NCBI RefSeq assembly: GCF_009914755.1
Contig: NC_060931.1
Origin: the human T2T-CHM13v2.0 reference genome, Homo sapiens
Length of the DNA stretch: 64,000 nucleotides
Direction: 5' to 3' (one strand)
The notes beneath the pieces were generated by a model. That model worked only from the letters and a program-made list of their open reading frames with translations. It searched no databases and was not told the origin of the DNA. This document shows positions 1 through 12,292 of this stretch, one piece after another. Each line of letters begins with the position of its first letter. The first letter of the stretch is position 1. The translations under genes and the position numbers were made by a program.

Positions 1-32
1 TGCTGCTGCTGCTGCTTTAGCTATTACATTTA

Positions 33-389
33 TGTATTAGTCTGTCCTCATGCTTCTGATAAATACATACCCGAGACTGGGAAATTTACAAAAGAAAGAG
101 GTTTATTGGACTTACAGTTCCACATGGGTGGAGAGACCTCACAATTATGGTAGAAGGTGAAAGCACATCTCACATGACAGCAGACAAGAGAAGAGAGCTC
201 GTGCAGGAAAACTTGCATTTTAAAACCATCAGTTCTCGTGAGACTTATTCAGTATCACAAGAGCAGCACAAGAAAGACCCACCCCCATGATTCAATTACC
301 TCCCACCAGGTTCCTGTCATAACACAAGGGAACTGTGGAAGTTACAATTCCAGATGAGATTTGGGTGGGAACACAACCTAACCACATCA
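33..389 (-). mobile_element. THE1-type (ERVL-MaLR) solo LTR
   Basis: tgtattagtctg...gagactgggaaatttacaaaagaaagaggttta...gatgagatttgggtgggaacacaacctaaccacatca matches the reverse complement of the THE1 LTR. Confidence 0.9.
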
Positions 390-468
390 ATTATGTACAC
401 ATAACTTATCAAAATCTACTGATGAGTACATTTTACCAGTTTAATTGAAGTATAAAACCCTTGTCTCA

Positions 469-764
469 GGCCTGGCACAGTGGTTAATGCCTATAATCCC
501 AGCAGTTTGGGAACCAAAGGTGGGTTAATCACTTGAGGTCAGGAGTTTGAAACTAGCCTGGCCAACATGGCAAAACCCTATCTCTATTAAAAATACAAAA
601 ATTAGCTGGGCATGTGGCGCATGCCTGTAATCCCAGCTACTCAGGAGGCTGAGGCACAAAAATCACTTGAACCTGGAAGGCAGAGACTGCAGTGAGCTGA
701 GATCCTACCACTGCACTCCTGCCTGTGTGACAGAGTGAGATCTTCGTCAAAACAAACAAAAAAA
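469..764 (+). mobile_element. Alu (AluS-like)
   Basis: Full dimeric Alu with middle A-rich linker (attaaaaatacaaaattag) and AAAC tail. Confidence 0.95.
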
Positions 765-766
765 CC

Positions 767-1860
767 GTCTCCCTTTATGTCCCATATTTTCTCTCCTCCA
801 GTTATAATATATATGTCACAAATATTTTTTTCTACATACACTGAGAATCACAATTGATGGTTTATAATTATTGCCTCAAACATGAACATAATTTATAAAG
901 CTCAAGAGAAGAAAAACTTATTGTATTTAGCCACATGTTTACTCTTTTTATATTCTTCCTTCCTGATTTTCCCAGATTCCTTATTTTATCCCTTCATTTC
1001 TGATTGGAGAAATTGTGTTAACTCTTATTTTAGGATAGCTCTGCTACCATAAAACAGGGCTGCTGTCTTACTCTTGCCAGGTGGGGTGGAAGCACAGGTT
1101 CTGCATTTAGCCTCCATTGACACCTGAGATGGGGAAAGGGATCCTCATTATTCAGAGTTAAAGTTCTGACTCCCCAAGAGGTCTCCTCTGACACTATGTG
1201 TGTGTGTGTTGTGTATGTGAAGGGATGATCTTGTTACTGCTGTATGATGGTGGGTGTCCTGATTCTCCACTGAGCTCCTTTGATATCACTCTGGTAAGTA
1301 GTGGGGAGGGATGGCTTGTCACTACTGGGTAGTGGTAAAAGTTTATGTTCCCCACGTAGCCTCTACTGTTATTATGGGTGGGTATGTATGTGTTGGGGGA
1401 TGCATGAGGAGGATGAAATACCTGGCATCCCACTTCACCTTCTCTAATATCACCCTGGTGAAGGTGCTCCCTACTTGGCCTTTGCTGGCAGGGGTAGATG
1501 TGGGGCTACAGTTTTTTTGATGGTATTGGGTGGGAGCATATTCCATACTGTTTGCTCCTTCCGTGATCCTTTTGCTAGAGAAAGCAGGCTTTGCTTGGGC
1601 TGTTTGTTTGTTTGTTCTGTCTCTATCTGTTGGTGTTTCTAAGTTACCACTTTCTCTAGTATCCAGGCTGGGATATATAAAGTCAAAGAAAACCCAGGAA
1701 AATTACCACATTTTTTCTTGGGTCTTGAGATTCTTAGCTGGTTTGCCTTCTCTCTACTGTTAAGAAACTTAAGTCTCTTTTACATTTAATGTCTAGAAAT
1801 TTTAGTTGTATTTAGTGGTAAGAATAGGAAAAAGTATATCTTCCCAAAAACAAAAGTCTT
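767..1860 (-). mobile_element. Ancient L1M fragment(s), including a 5'-region segment with degenerate internal repeats
   Basis: Antisense L1M-like text with recurring 'aagt.c.g.t.ccc.c...gcctc.t.tgacac' units at 1081-1460. Subfamily uncertain. Confidence 0.5.
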
Positions 1861-1984
1861 GACTTAACCATTATTCTGATTACTGTCTTCTGAATGGGAA
1901 CAAAGTTTAGAATTGGGCAGAATAGTTAGGACATTATTGCTGTTATGCAGGAGACTTATGTCAGCATAGTAACTTTGAAAATAA

Positions 1985-2583
1985 TGAGCTGTGATTAGAT
2001 TCTGGATATATTGTTAAAATAGTGGCACGAATATTTGATGTATTAGATGCAGAGTGAGGGAAAAAGAGAGCTATGAAGTATGACTCTAAAATTTTGGTCT
2101 AAGCAACTGAAACAATGGACTTACCCTAAACTGAAATAAGGAAGAGTGTGGGTAGGCGAAATCTGAAGAGAACAGAAGACCAGAAGTATGATTTTCACAT
2201 AACATAGTGATTTATATTAAACATCGAATAAAAGTATTGCATAGCCAGTTGGAGATGTGATCCAGAGTTTGGTGGAGAGGCCTGGGATAGACAAATACAT
2301 TTCAGAATCATCATGTTACTTAAGACCCTGAGAGCAAAGATAACTAAGGGAAAGACAGAGCTAGAGAACAGAACAAAAGACTGAGTCTTAGGGCCCTACC
2401 ATATTAAAAGGTCTTGGAGAAGAAGAGAAATAGGCAAAAAATAATTGGCCAGAAAGGTAAAGAAAAATCAGAGTGTGGCATCTTGAAAGCAAGAAAATAT
2501 GTCAAAAAGAACGGGGAGGTCGACAGTAATAGAATGTTTCTGATAGGTCAAATGAGAGGAGAAGAGAGATCTCTAATTGGATT
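1985..2583 (-). mobile_element. L2 LINE fragment
   Basis: AG-rich L2 antisense motifs: atgactctaaaattttggtctaagcaactgaaacaatgga and gagtgtggcatcttgaaagcaag. Confidence 0.8.
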
Positions 2584-2585
2584 CC

Positions 2586-2944
2586 TGTCTTATCTTTTCA
2601 GGCTGCTATTGAAAAAATACCTTAAACTGGGTAATTTATAAATAGCAGAAACTTATTTCTCTCACTGTTCTGGAGCCTGGCAAGTCCAATATCATAGTGC
2701 CAGCAGATTGTGTCTGGTGAGGCCCCATTCCTCATAGATGGTGCCTTGTTGATACGTTCTCACATGGCAGAAGGGACCAGGAGGCTCCCTCAAACCTCTT
2801 TATAAGGGTATTAATCCCATTCATAAGGTAGAAGCCCTCACAGTAAAATCACTTCCTAAAGGCCCCATATTTGAATAATATCACATTGAGTATTAGGTTC
2901 CAACATATGAATTTGGGGAGGATACCAATATTCAGACCCTAGAA
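2586..2944 (-). mobile_element. MLT1A-type MaLR solo LTR
   Basis: ggctgctattgaaaaaataccttaaactgggtaatttata...aggttccaacatatgaatttggggaggataccaatattcagacc. Confidence 0.85.
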
Positions 2945-2967
2945 AGTTATTACTATATAATAATAGA

Positions 2968-3420
2968 TACATTAGTTTGTTATTGTTTCCATACAAATTA
3001 TTACAAACTGAGTGGTATAAAACAGGAGAAATGTATTGTTTTCACAGTCCTGCTGGCAAGATATCTGATATCAAGGTGTCAGCAGGGCTGCACTCCTCCA
3101 GAGGCTCTAAGAGAGAATCTTTTCCTTCTCTCTTCCAGGAAAAGGCCGGTAGGGATCCTGGCAATCTTTCACTTGTGGCCTTAAAATACCAGTTTCTACC
3201 TTCCCCTCAGTGTATGGTTTAACTTCTCTTTTCCTCTCTCTGATAGACACTTGTGGAATTCAGATCCTAAACAGATAATTCGGGATAACTTCCTCATCTC
3301 AATATCCTTAAATTAGTCATGTTTTCAAAAACTTTACAACATAAGGTAACATTCAAAGGTTTGATGGATTAGGATATTGGGCATATATTAATATTTAGGT
3401 GCTATTATTAATTTCCCATA
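2968..3420 (-). mobile_element. MLT1C/D-type MaLR LTR
   Basis: atcaaggtgtcagcagggctgcactcctccagaggctct...ataaggtaacattcaaaggttt. Confidence 0.8.
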
Positions 3421-4518
3421 ATGAATAGAACACGTATATTAAATTCGTATTATTGTATCAGGATATTAAATGAGGCAATTCCTCAATTTTCTCAGAATTC
3501 CAGCTAAAAGGCAATGCTGAGGCCAATAGTAATAAGGACCCTTTGTGGAGCTTGAAACAAGAAAACAAAATGAGCCTTACTATGATTTTGTGGCATATCT
3601 CACTGCTAGCTTATATGAAAGATGCGAGAGGCCTTGCAGAGATCCTTGAGAGATAATGTGGAGGAGAATATTTTTGTGGCATTTCTCTTACTATGGACAA
3701 ATGAGGGAAGAAGAAAAAAATAGTTAAAGAAGTTAGAAAGGTAGTTGCCAGAAAAAAAAATACTTACTTTAGCTGAGTACTTGGAGGAATGCAGAAACTA
3801 AAAGGCCCAGAGTTGTCAAGAGGCTGCAGCAGAGAGTGTCAAAGATTAACATGTCTCCTTGGGCCCGGATATCCTTTGCTAGAGCTGGAGGTTATCAGCA
3901 TTGCAAGGTTAAGAAGGAGAAAATTGGCTAAAATGTACAAATCCTCTTGTGTGCCAAATGGACACATGAGACTGTAGCCTGGTTCAAACTATCTTGAACA
4001 AACACAATCTGAAAGAATTGGCTGCTTCTTGGACTATGTGGATCCCCACCAGATGTACTTGAAAACACCAGGACTGGTAATGGAGGAACCTATAAGAGAT
4101 CACACAGGGAGTGCAGCAGCTGCACCAGAAAAGGAGAAACTACCAACTAGAATCCAAAAACACGAGAAGGTAAAGCTGTCTCTTCCTCACATCCTTCTCT
4201 TCCTGCCCATCTCACTGTCCTTGGGAAACCAAAAACAGCAGAATGAGTTGTGGAACATAAGGAGATAAAGGAGTAAAAGAACCTATAAGGTGCACGGTCC
4301 TCACAGCTGAAATACAAAGGACTCCAACCTGAGCTGTAGTTAATTTGTTATAAGATGGACGTTTTTATTTAGATATAATAGTACTGGACTTTTTAATAAA
4401 TAAAAATTATGCTGCTGGTACCTGGAAGTACCTGAAGACTTACGAGAACCATTGAATAAAAAGAGACATTCTAGGCTGTTGCTACAGGGAAATATTAAAA
4501 TGAAAAAAACAAAAAGAT

Positions 4519-4702
4519 TTATTTTTATTTTTATTTTTGTTTTTTAAGTTCTGGGACACATGCACAGCATATGCTGGTTTGTTACTTGGGTAAATGTGTG
4601 CCATGATGGTTTGCTGCACCTATCAACCCATCACCTAGGTATAAACCCAGCGTGCATTAGCTCTTTTTCCTAATACTCTCCCCACCACCCCTCCCCTGAC
4701 AA
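4519..4702 (-). mobile_element. L1PA 3' end (older L1PA, 5'-truncated)
   Basis: T-rich tail followed by aagttctgggacacatg...gccatgatggtttgctgcacctatcaacccatcacctaggt. Confidence 0.9.
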
Positions 4703-6054
4703 TTGCACTCTTCAAGTTCAGATTTTTTTTTAATAAATGTGTATATAGTAGTAACATATTGGGCTTTTAATATGTAAATAAATGCACTCTCTCTTGATTT
4801 CACCATTAAATCAATCAGTGCATTGAGTTAGTACATCAAGACATGTATAAACTACCTTAACAATTTTGGATCGCTTCTTATCATCACCATGCCCTCTCTC
4901 CATCCCTTTCTGCCTCATGCTGGCACTAAAGAATGCCAGTCTCTTATTTTACAAAAGAAAGCTGATATCGATGATCTTCCTCCACAGCAAAGAAAATATA
5001 CAGAACACATTTCTCTGTGCACCAAACTGTCCTCAACTCACTACATATTTTCAGTGTATGTCAAAATGAAAGTGCCAAAACTGCCCTAAGGGACTATGAA
5101 TACAACTAAAAAGAAAGAAATAAACCTATTTTTTCCCATTCAAAACTGAAGCAACAAATCTCAGAGTATTTTTTTTTTAATTTTGGAAAAGAATGGTATC
5201 TTTACAGTGGAAATACAGAATGTGCAGCCCAAATATTTTGCTGGGTGGAGCAGTGCATGAAAGGAATCTATGACAACATACAGAAAAAAAAAATTTAAGA
5301 GTATCTTGATGTGCAGAAACTAGCAATCAAAATAAGCTTCACTGGTGATTTGTGTGATTTGGGGAATGCAGCTGCCCATCCCACCAGCTAACCCAGAAAA
5401 GGTAACCCAGCTGTTTCTAGTGAAGAACCACAACAATGGGAATTCTGTTCTCTGGGAGACATGAGGATTAGCTGGTGATGATCCGGATTGTGTGCAGGAC
5501 CACACACAACTCACTTCAAACAGAAACCCAAAGTGCAGCATTTGTGTGCCATGATACTTTTAAAAATCTGAACTAATCTCTTAACGTAATGCACCATTGA
5601 TAAAATAATTCTAAATAGAGCAGTACTACTGCATATTATTTTTAGAAATACGACTTCAAAAATGTTCACTGGTTTCTGAGCTATTTAAATAGCTGCCTAT
5701 TTTATCTTAATTCATAGTAAAAGATTTTGACTTCTTCCCCCTGAACATGTGTTTAGAAGTAAACATTTATAGGAACAAGACTGCCTCCATTGACCCCACT
5801 CCCAATTCATTCATTATAATTCATTCATTATGTGGTTAGCCTTCCTTTGAATCTACACTTTTCCTTCCTATTTTTATTTAAGCAAATAAAATTTGGTTCT
5901 ATTTTAATTAATAATAAGCCTTTTTAAGAAACAAAAGTTTTGTTTTGTTTTGTTTTTAATAGAACCAAAGGTCTCAATATAAAAATAGAAAACTATCATT
6001 GCCAAAAAGGAAACAAGGCTGATCCTTGGCTTGTTTTACTCCTGCTTAAAGTAT

Positions 6055-6572
6055 TTTCATAGTTCGTTATTACCCACAGGAGAAAGTCCAAACTCTTTCA
6101 GAGCACAAAACTTTTCATTCCCTCATTTCATCTTCACCCACATCTCTGGCTGCTCGCTATTTTACCCCTGTAGTAAGTAGCATTTCAGTTTTCCAAAATT
6201 TCCATTTTTTAAATTACTCTGTGGCTTGTCAAATGCAATGTCCTCTGCCAGTAATAAATGCCTCTCTGCCAACTCCAATCAACCTAGAAAACTTCTGCTC
6301 ATTTTTTAAAGATCCAGTTCAAATTTTACTTTATTAGGTAAATCTTTCTTGGGCAATTTTGTGCAGAAATCCTGTACCATCCCTTCTGCTTTGACATATT
6401 CTTATAATAGTCCAATCACATTGTATTACAACAGGGTGATTATGGGTAAGTCTCCCATTTGAGGATTTCTACTTCTTCAAAGACAAGGTCTTTTATATTA
6501 ATATCTATGTTTTTAAGGCCCAATATGTTGATTGTTTAGAATATAGTAGACATTAGGTAAATATTCCTTGGA
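6055..6572 (+). mobile_element. L2 3' region
   Basis: aaagtccaaactc...aagatccagttcaaat...atatagtagacattaggtaaatatt resembles the L2 3' end. Confidence 0.65.
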
Positions 6573-6845
6573 GTTTTAAAACAATGTGTCAATGAGTTGA
6601 TTTTTCATGTTTTGGTTCTAGAAATAGAGTGCTACCTCTCAGACAGCCTGCCCAACCCTGCCCTCTGATCAGGACTTGGAAATAGAAGATGGACAAGTCT
6701 TTTGGTTGACGTAGTCCTTAACCAGGAGTGGAAAGCTAAGCTAAAATGAATTGCTCCAAAGTATCTTCCTGTTCTACTGTCCACATCTTGTAAAACGGTC
6801 CTATTTTAAAAAATGTAGATAGTTAAGCCATTACCCAATACTCAT

Positions 6846-6848
<3 letters not shown>

Positions 6849-6884
<36 letters not shown>
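6849..6884. repeat. (GA)18 microsatellite
   Basis: Directly visible. Confidence 0.98.
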
Positions 6885-6888
<4 letters not shown>

Positions 6889-7564
6889 GCTAGAAACCAT
6901 TATAAATTGTATATAAATAATGCAAAGGTATGCTATTACTGGACCTTTTTGTTTCCAGGCCCTTATCCCATTCAAGCAAATGCTACATTTCCATTGTAAC
7001 ATTCAAAATGGTACAGAGCTATCTACAGAAACATGCCTCCCATACACATCTAATTCCGTCTTCTAAGGTAACTAAGATTGTCAATTTAGTATGTGTCCTT
7101 CCACATATTTTTCATTTGGTGTGTATGTGTGTTTGGGGTGCTTTATTTATGATATTGAGTTTCAATATTATTATGCATGTTTCTTTTCCAGCTTTCACTT
7201 TTTTCTTCTTTTTGTAGTTTTTACTAATGTCTGAAACATGTCAGTACTAGAATTCCTAGCAGGTATTATATGTTTGAAAACTTTCTTCCTCCGTCATTAA
7301 ACACTAATTGTGACATATTTCGCCCCACCTTGAAGCCCTTCAGTCAACTAGAAAATCAAATAGGATTATAATCCCTTCACTTTAAAGAATGCCATTTCAC
7401 ACAATAACAACTTGCAACACCCAGACAAGTCTGATCAGGTTCTCTCTCCCTGTCTCCCTCTCTCTTTGTCTCTCTTTGCTTCTGTCCCTTCTGTGCAGAG
7501 ACCATGGTTTAACATGTAAACTCCAACAAATTGTATTTTGTAAATTTTGGGTACCAAATAAATA

Positions 7565-7738
7565 GTTGTCAAAATGAATGAATGAATTTCTCATGACATT
7601 CATCCTATTCCAGCTTTCTTTACGGATTACAAAATCAACGATATTCTGTGGATCTATATTATATTCCTTTGATGATCATCAATGCTTAAAATATTATCTA
7701 AAGAACTCCATATTAATACAATGCAAAGCCATATATAT
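7565..7738 (+). repeat. Dispersed direct duplication, copy 1 (copy 2 at ~9502-9674)
   Basis: Colinear ~170 bp with a 29-bp exact match, tcaatgcttaaaatattatctaaagaact. Offset ~1936 bp. Confidence 0.9.
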
Positions 7739-8268
7739 ATAAAATAAATTTATGTTTTACTGTGAAATTTTGTCAAGAAGAACTTTATGAATGTTTTTAT
7801 TTGATACAAAGTTAAAAATAATAATTAGGAGAAACATTTCCATTGACTTAGTACCATCACTACCACTGTTGATCTGCAAGTACTTGGACTAGGTCAATAA
7901 AAATTTTTCTTGACTTAAACAGAAATACACAGACTTGAAAGACGTTTATCTTCAGTTTTTATTCTCTCATTGTTTTTCCTTATCATTACACTCTCATCTG
8001 TGTTCTTCCTTTCTTTACATCTATTTTGGTTTTTTACCACTATTTACACTCTCAAATGCTCTATTTTGCTTTTCTAACCATTCCGCTTTCAAGTGTTTTT
8101 ATCCCTCCCCAAATATGTAAATGATTTTTTAAATATTAACACTATCCTGTCAAAAAAAAATGTAGTATTTTCTATTTTTTGATGTGTATCTACATCTCTG
8201 TAATCCAGCTGAAGGTGGTGGTAGAAAATATAAAGAGATTTAATCATTTTTTTAAAAGTCATTTTATA

Positions 8269-8450
8269 TGGACAACAGAGACTCAGAAGGATGAGGATGT
8301 GGAGTGGATAACAAGAAATCAGTTAATGAGTACAGTGTACATTATTCAGGTGATGGATACCCTAAGAGCCCTGAATTAACCATGATGTAATCTATGCATG
8401 TAACAAAATTGCACAGGTACCCCACAAATATATACAAATAAAAAGAAGAA
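8269..8450 (+). mobile_element. L1MA/L1PB-type 3' end inserted into a MIR
   Basis: gggtacaatgtac-like 3'UTR text and A-rich tail. TSD aaaagtcattttata (8254-8268) / agaaatcattttata (8451-8465). Confidence 0.85.
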
Positions 8451-8565
8451 AGAAATCATTTTATAGCTGAGGAAACTGAGATCCCAAAAGCCAAATATCT
8501 CATTTACAATAAAAGCTAATAAAAGCAGATTCTAACCTAGAAATATGTCTACTGATATTTAGTCT
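8451..8565 (-). mobile_element. MIR fragment
   Basis: cattttatagctgaggaaactgagat core. Confidence 0.7.
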
Positions 8566-9501
8566 TTGTTTTTTTGTTTTTTGTTTTTGTTTTTTTTGTT
8601 TTGTTTTGTTTTTTTTATTTTCCCACTGCAATTCAACATCTTTCAAATAAAGCCAGCATTTTTCTACAACCACTTAGTTTGGTACCATGAGTTAAGTTTG
8701 CATTAATATTAAATGTTTATTATATACAAAGAATCAATTAATATCATTTCATTAAAAGTAGACTATATGGGTAATGGTTCTGTTCTTTATGTTTCTTATA
8801 AGAAACATACAGTCTATGACATTGACACTTTTACATTTAATAAAATAACAACCAGATATTTAAGAACTTTAATTAACATTTTCAACTCCCAGCAAACATG
8901 TCTGTAATAGAGTTTCTAAATTATGCCCACAAAATAATACTGGTTCTTATTAAACAAGAAAAGTAATGGGATACTTTAAATATGTTCTCATAACCTGCAA
9001 TGGAAAGAAACACGCACATACACTAACAGCTTTAAGTAAATTCTCACAGGTTCACTAAAAGTCTTTTTAGTATCTAAAGCCCCAAACATTGGAACAAAAT
9101 AGAAGGCAACTATAAAAGTAGATGATATTTATTATAATGACCACCGGCAGTTTTGATATTAAATAAATATTGTAAATAATCTGAAAGTAATGGTTTATTT
9201 TATCATCTACTATACTGACTAGTATGTTGAAGATTTTCTTCTAAATAATTTTTCCAATAGGATGACATAATCACCCCTTTTATAAAAATATGTTTTCATG
9301 ACCTCTATTCTAAAATTACCTCAGTTTCCCAGAATGCTTTCCAAGGCTTTTGGCTTTTTAGGAAGAAAGGGATGTTGCAGTTGTAAAATTTTGATAAGAA
9401 CTTGATTTCAACATTAAAACCTTAGACTAGGTTGCTTCACTTTCTAAGATGTTTAACACAAACACACACACGTGCAAATATATATATATACACATATATA
9501 T

Positions 9502-9674
9502 TTGTTGAATGAATACATGAATTTCTCACTACATTCATCCTGTTCCAGCTTTCCTTACAAATTATGAAATCCATGGTGTTCTGATGCATCTATATTTTCT
9601 TCTTTTGATGATGGTCAATGCTTAAAATATTATCTAAAGAACTTCATATTAATACCATACAAAGCCATATATAT
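9502..9674 (+). repeat. Dispersed direct duplication, copy 2
   Basis: See 7565-7738. Confidence 0.9.
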
Positions 9675-9754
9675 GCCACATATATGAGTGTATATGTGTG
9701 TGTATATATATATCCACATGTGTGTGCGTGTGTGTGTGTGTGCGCGCATGTGTG
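9667..9754. repeat. Mixed (TA)n/(TG)n/(CG)n alternating tract
   Basis: Directly visible. Confidence 0.9.
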
Positions 9755-10922
9755 ACATTAGCAGTAGCAATCCCCATAGCCTTTCTAGTTATTCTCATTG
9801 GGCCCATGCCCTTTTGCTTGCCAAACCAAAGCACCAAAGATTTTAGCAGCATAAACTACAAACATAGTTTATGTTACAAGCTACCCTCTGATTCACTGAG
9901 AAAATAATAACAGCATTCCCAAATATTTAGGAAACAGTCTTAAAAAATAAGTAGGTTGTCTCCAGGGCCTTAAGGAAAGCACTATAAAATGAGATAAATT
10001 AGAGTGTGGGAAGGAATGGCATCTATAAAATATCCTATTAATAAAATAAAAAATACAAATTAAATATCATTTTATCTTATCTATGGAAATTATGACATAA
10101 AGCTTCTGAACAGACTGCACCTTAGTGCTCATATGGTAATTGCAATTTACTGGCAAGTTAGCTTTTCTTAAGTTCTTAATATGTGAGGTCTGTTCATAGG
10201 TGCAAAATGCAACACCTATTAGATTTAGTGGCAGAGACTGATCATATGAAGATATTGCCCAGAATTAGCTAAAGTCTTATGGTGCTCATTCTGATTTTTT
10301 CCAGCAGTCAAAATAACTAGAAAAAAAATATGACTGCTAATTTTGGGAAGTGGCAATAATATTTTTATATAGGGAAATTCTTTTCAATAATATTTTCTGT
10401 TTGTGACACCTTGAAAATAATAAAGAGTATAATTATTTTAAAGTGTTTATACACGTGCAATATATACTTCTATATGCATAGAGTCTCAAAAAGGGATCCT
10501 GGTTCACAATCACTTAATTATTCTTAAAGGCTAACCACAAACATCTTTTTCCCCATTAAACTATTTCTATTGAATTAAAACATAATTTTGATTACCTGCC
10601 AATCTTTGGCTGAATAAAATAGATTTGGAAGTGGCTCATGGCTTACTTTATAAAAGGTGTGTAGTCATACATTATTCACTGTGGGATACCTCATAGATAG
10701 CTATTTTAAATTCTTGATTATTCAAAAAAATTTCATATTTCTTGAGTACTTTAGGAAGCATTGAAAAGTGATTTTTAAATGCATTATAAAAACCAATTAA
10801 ACACATAATGTTTATAGATCTGGGAGAAAATTACTGGACATGTAATCTTCAATTAGTATAACCAGTAAAGTCCTCAATGCCAAGCCAGCAAGCCACCATT
10901 TCCTTCTGCTGTAGTCTGCAAG

Positions 10923-11144
10923 GTTCTTTCCTTCCTTCCTTCCTTTCTTTTTTCTTTCTCTTCTCCCCTTCCTTCCTTCATTTTTTTCCTTCTTTTTCTT
11001 TCTTTCCTTTTTTCTTCCTTTCTTTCCTTTCTTTTTTCTTTCTTTCTTTTCTTTCTCTTCTCTCCCTTCCTTCCTTCCTCTCTTTCTTTCTTTCTTTTTC
11101 TCTCTCTTCCCCTCTCTCTTTCTTCCTTCCTTTTTTTTTTTTTT
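10923..11144. repeat. ~220-bp polypyrimidine (CTTT/CCTT)n tract, the expanded tail of the adjacent Alu monomer
   Basis: Almost pure C/T, and it abuts the 3' end of the minus-strand Alu arm. Confidence 0.95.
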
Positions 11145-11257
11145 AACAGGATCTTGCTATGTCACATAGGCTAGAATACATTGGCGACATCACAGCTCAC
11201 TGTAGCCCAGAATTCCCAGTAGCTGGGACTAAAGGAGCGCACAACCACACTCAGCTT
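11145..11257 (-). mobile_element. AluJ/FRAM right-arm fragment with internal deletion
   Basis: acaggatcttgctatgtcacataggctagaatac...cacagctcactgtagcc...gtagctgggact. Confidence 0.8.
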
Positions 11258-12117
11258 GCTTGTTTTTTTCTGTCACCTCCTCAGTGCTTTATACTTCTGC
11301 AGCAACTGTTTTGACCTTGCCCTTTACCTTTTAAATCATGGCATGCACATAGGTATACTAGTAAGGATCACTAAAATTCAGAATTGTTTTATGGTTTAAA
11401 AAACTGAAATCATTTACACGCTATGTAAGCATAGATTCAGCATAAGGATATTTTATATTAATGAGTTCCCAGAAAACTATGGCAAGAAATGTTTGCCAGA
11501 ATGAGGAAATGTGCAAGGGGATAAAATATAATATATATCAAAATATTTTACAATAATATATATTTAACCCTGTGCAGACATTCAGTTGTCTTTTTCTAAT
11601 TTAAAATTAATAAAATCTCGCCACTACCCTACAAGACATTTTGATAGAGATTTCTTGAAATTTATCAGTTGTGTGGTTTTTTAATAGATTCAAAAGAGTT
11701 TCATTGTTGTATATATTTATCTGAGCATTTTATAATATGGAGTACAAAATGTCTACCAAATACCCCAAAACTCCTTTCAAATTAATAAAAATAGCATAAT
11801 CCATTTTTTATACAATATAGTACAGCCAAATATTTTTGAAAACATTTTTTAAAGATGAGAGTGGGTAAGCTAGTAGTTCTGAGCAAATTAAATGTCTTCA
11901 TTAAGTTATTTGGCAAAGCTGCCTCAACAACTTGACAAACTTAAATAGTTCAATGCTCATCAAATTAAAGTTTATACCCTTTAAGAATGGGACTTGGTAC
12001 TTGTTTGCTGGAAAGCTGCTAAATTTTGGATTAGCAGGAGGAATGTTCATTTATTGGAATGTATTTTGAAAATTGACTGCATATATTATATACCATCTGC
12101 AATTCATAATACTGCCA

Positions 12118-12292
12118 GTAATAGCTACCACTTAGGTTTTTCCACCTGTGGATCAGAATGTTAATTTATCATCTGGGATTGTCTTATTTTATTTGCACGA
12201 TTCCCAATAAGGAAGTTTTACATGAGAAAACTCTCTTTCACATATGAGAAAACTGATCCTCAGATGGAATACATATGCTCAAGATCACATCT
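12118..12292 (-). mobile_element. MIR (degenerate)
   Basis: atagctaccactt...atgagaaaactgatcctcaga...gctcaagatcaca. Confidence 0.6.

Noticed and set aside
1-16. (TGC)5 triplet run
   Set aside because: Short and cut by the window edge, so there is no evidence of an expansion locus.
10877-11146. 89-aa Phe/Leu/Ser 'membrane' ORF
   Set aside because: Artefact of the polypyrimidine tract.
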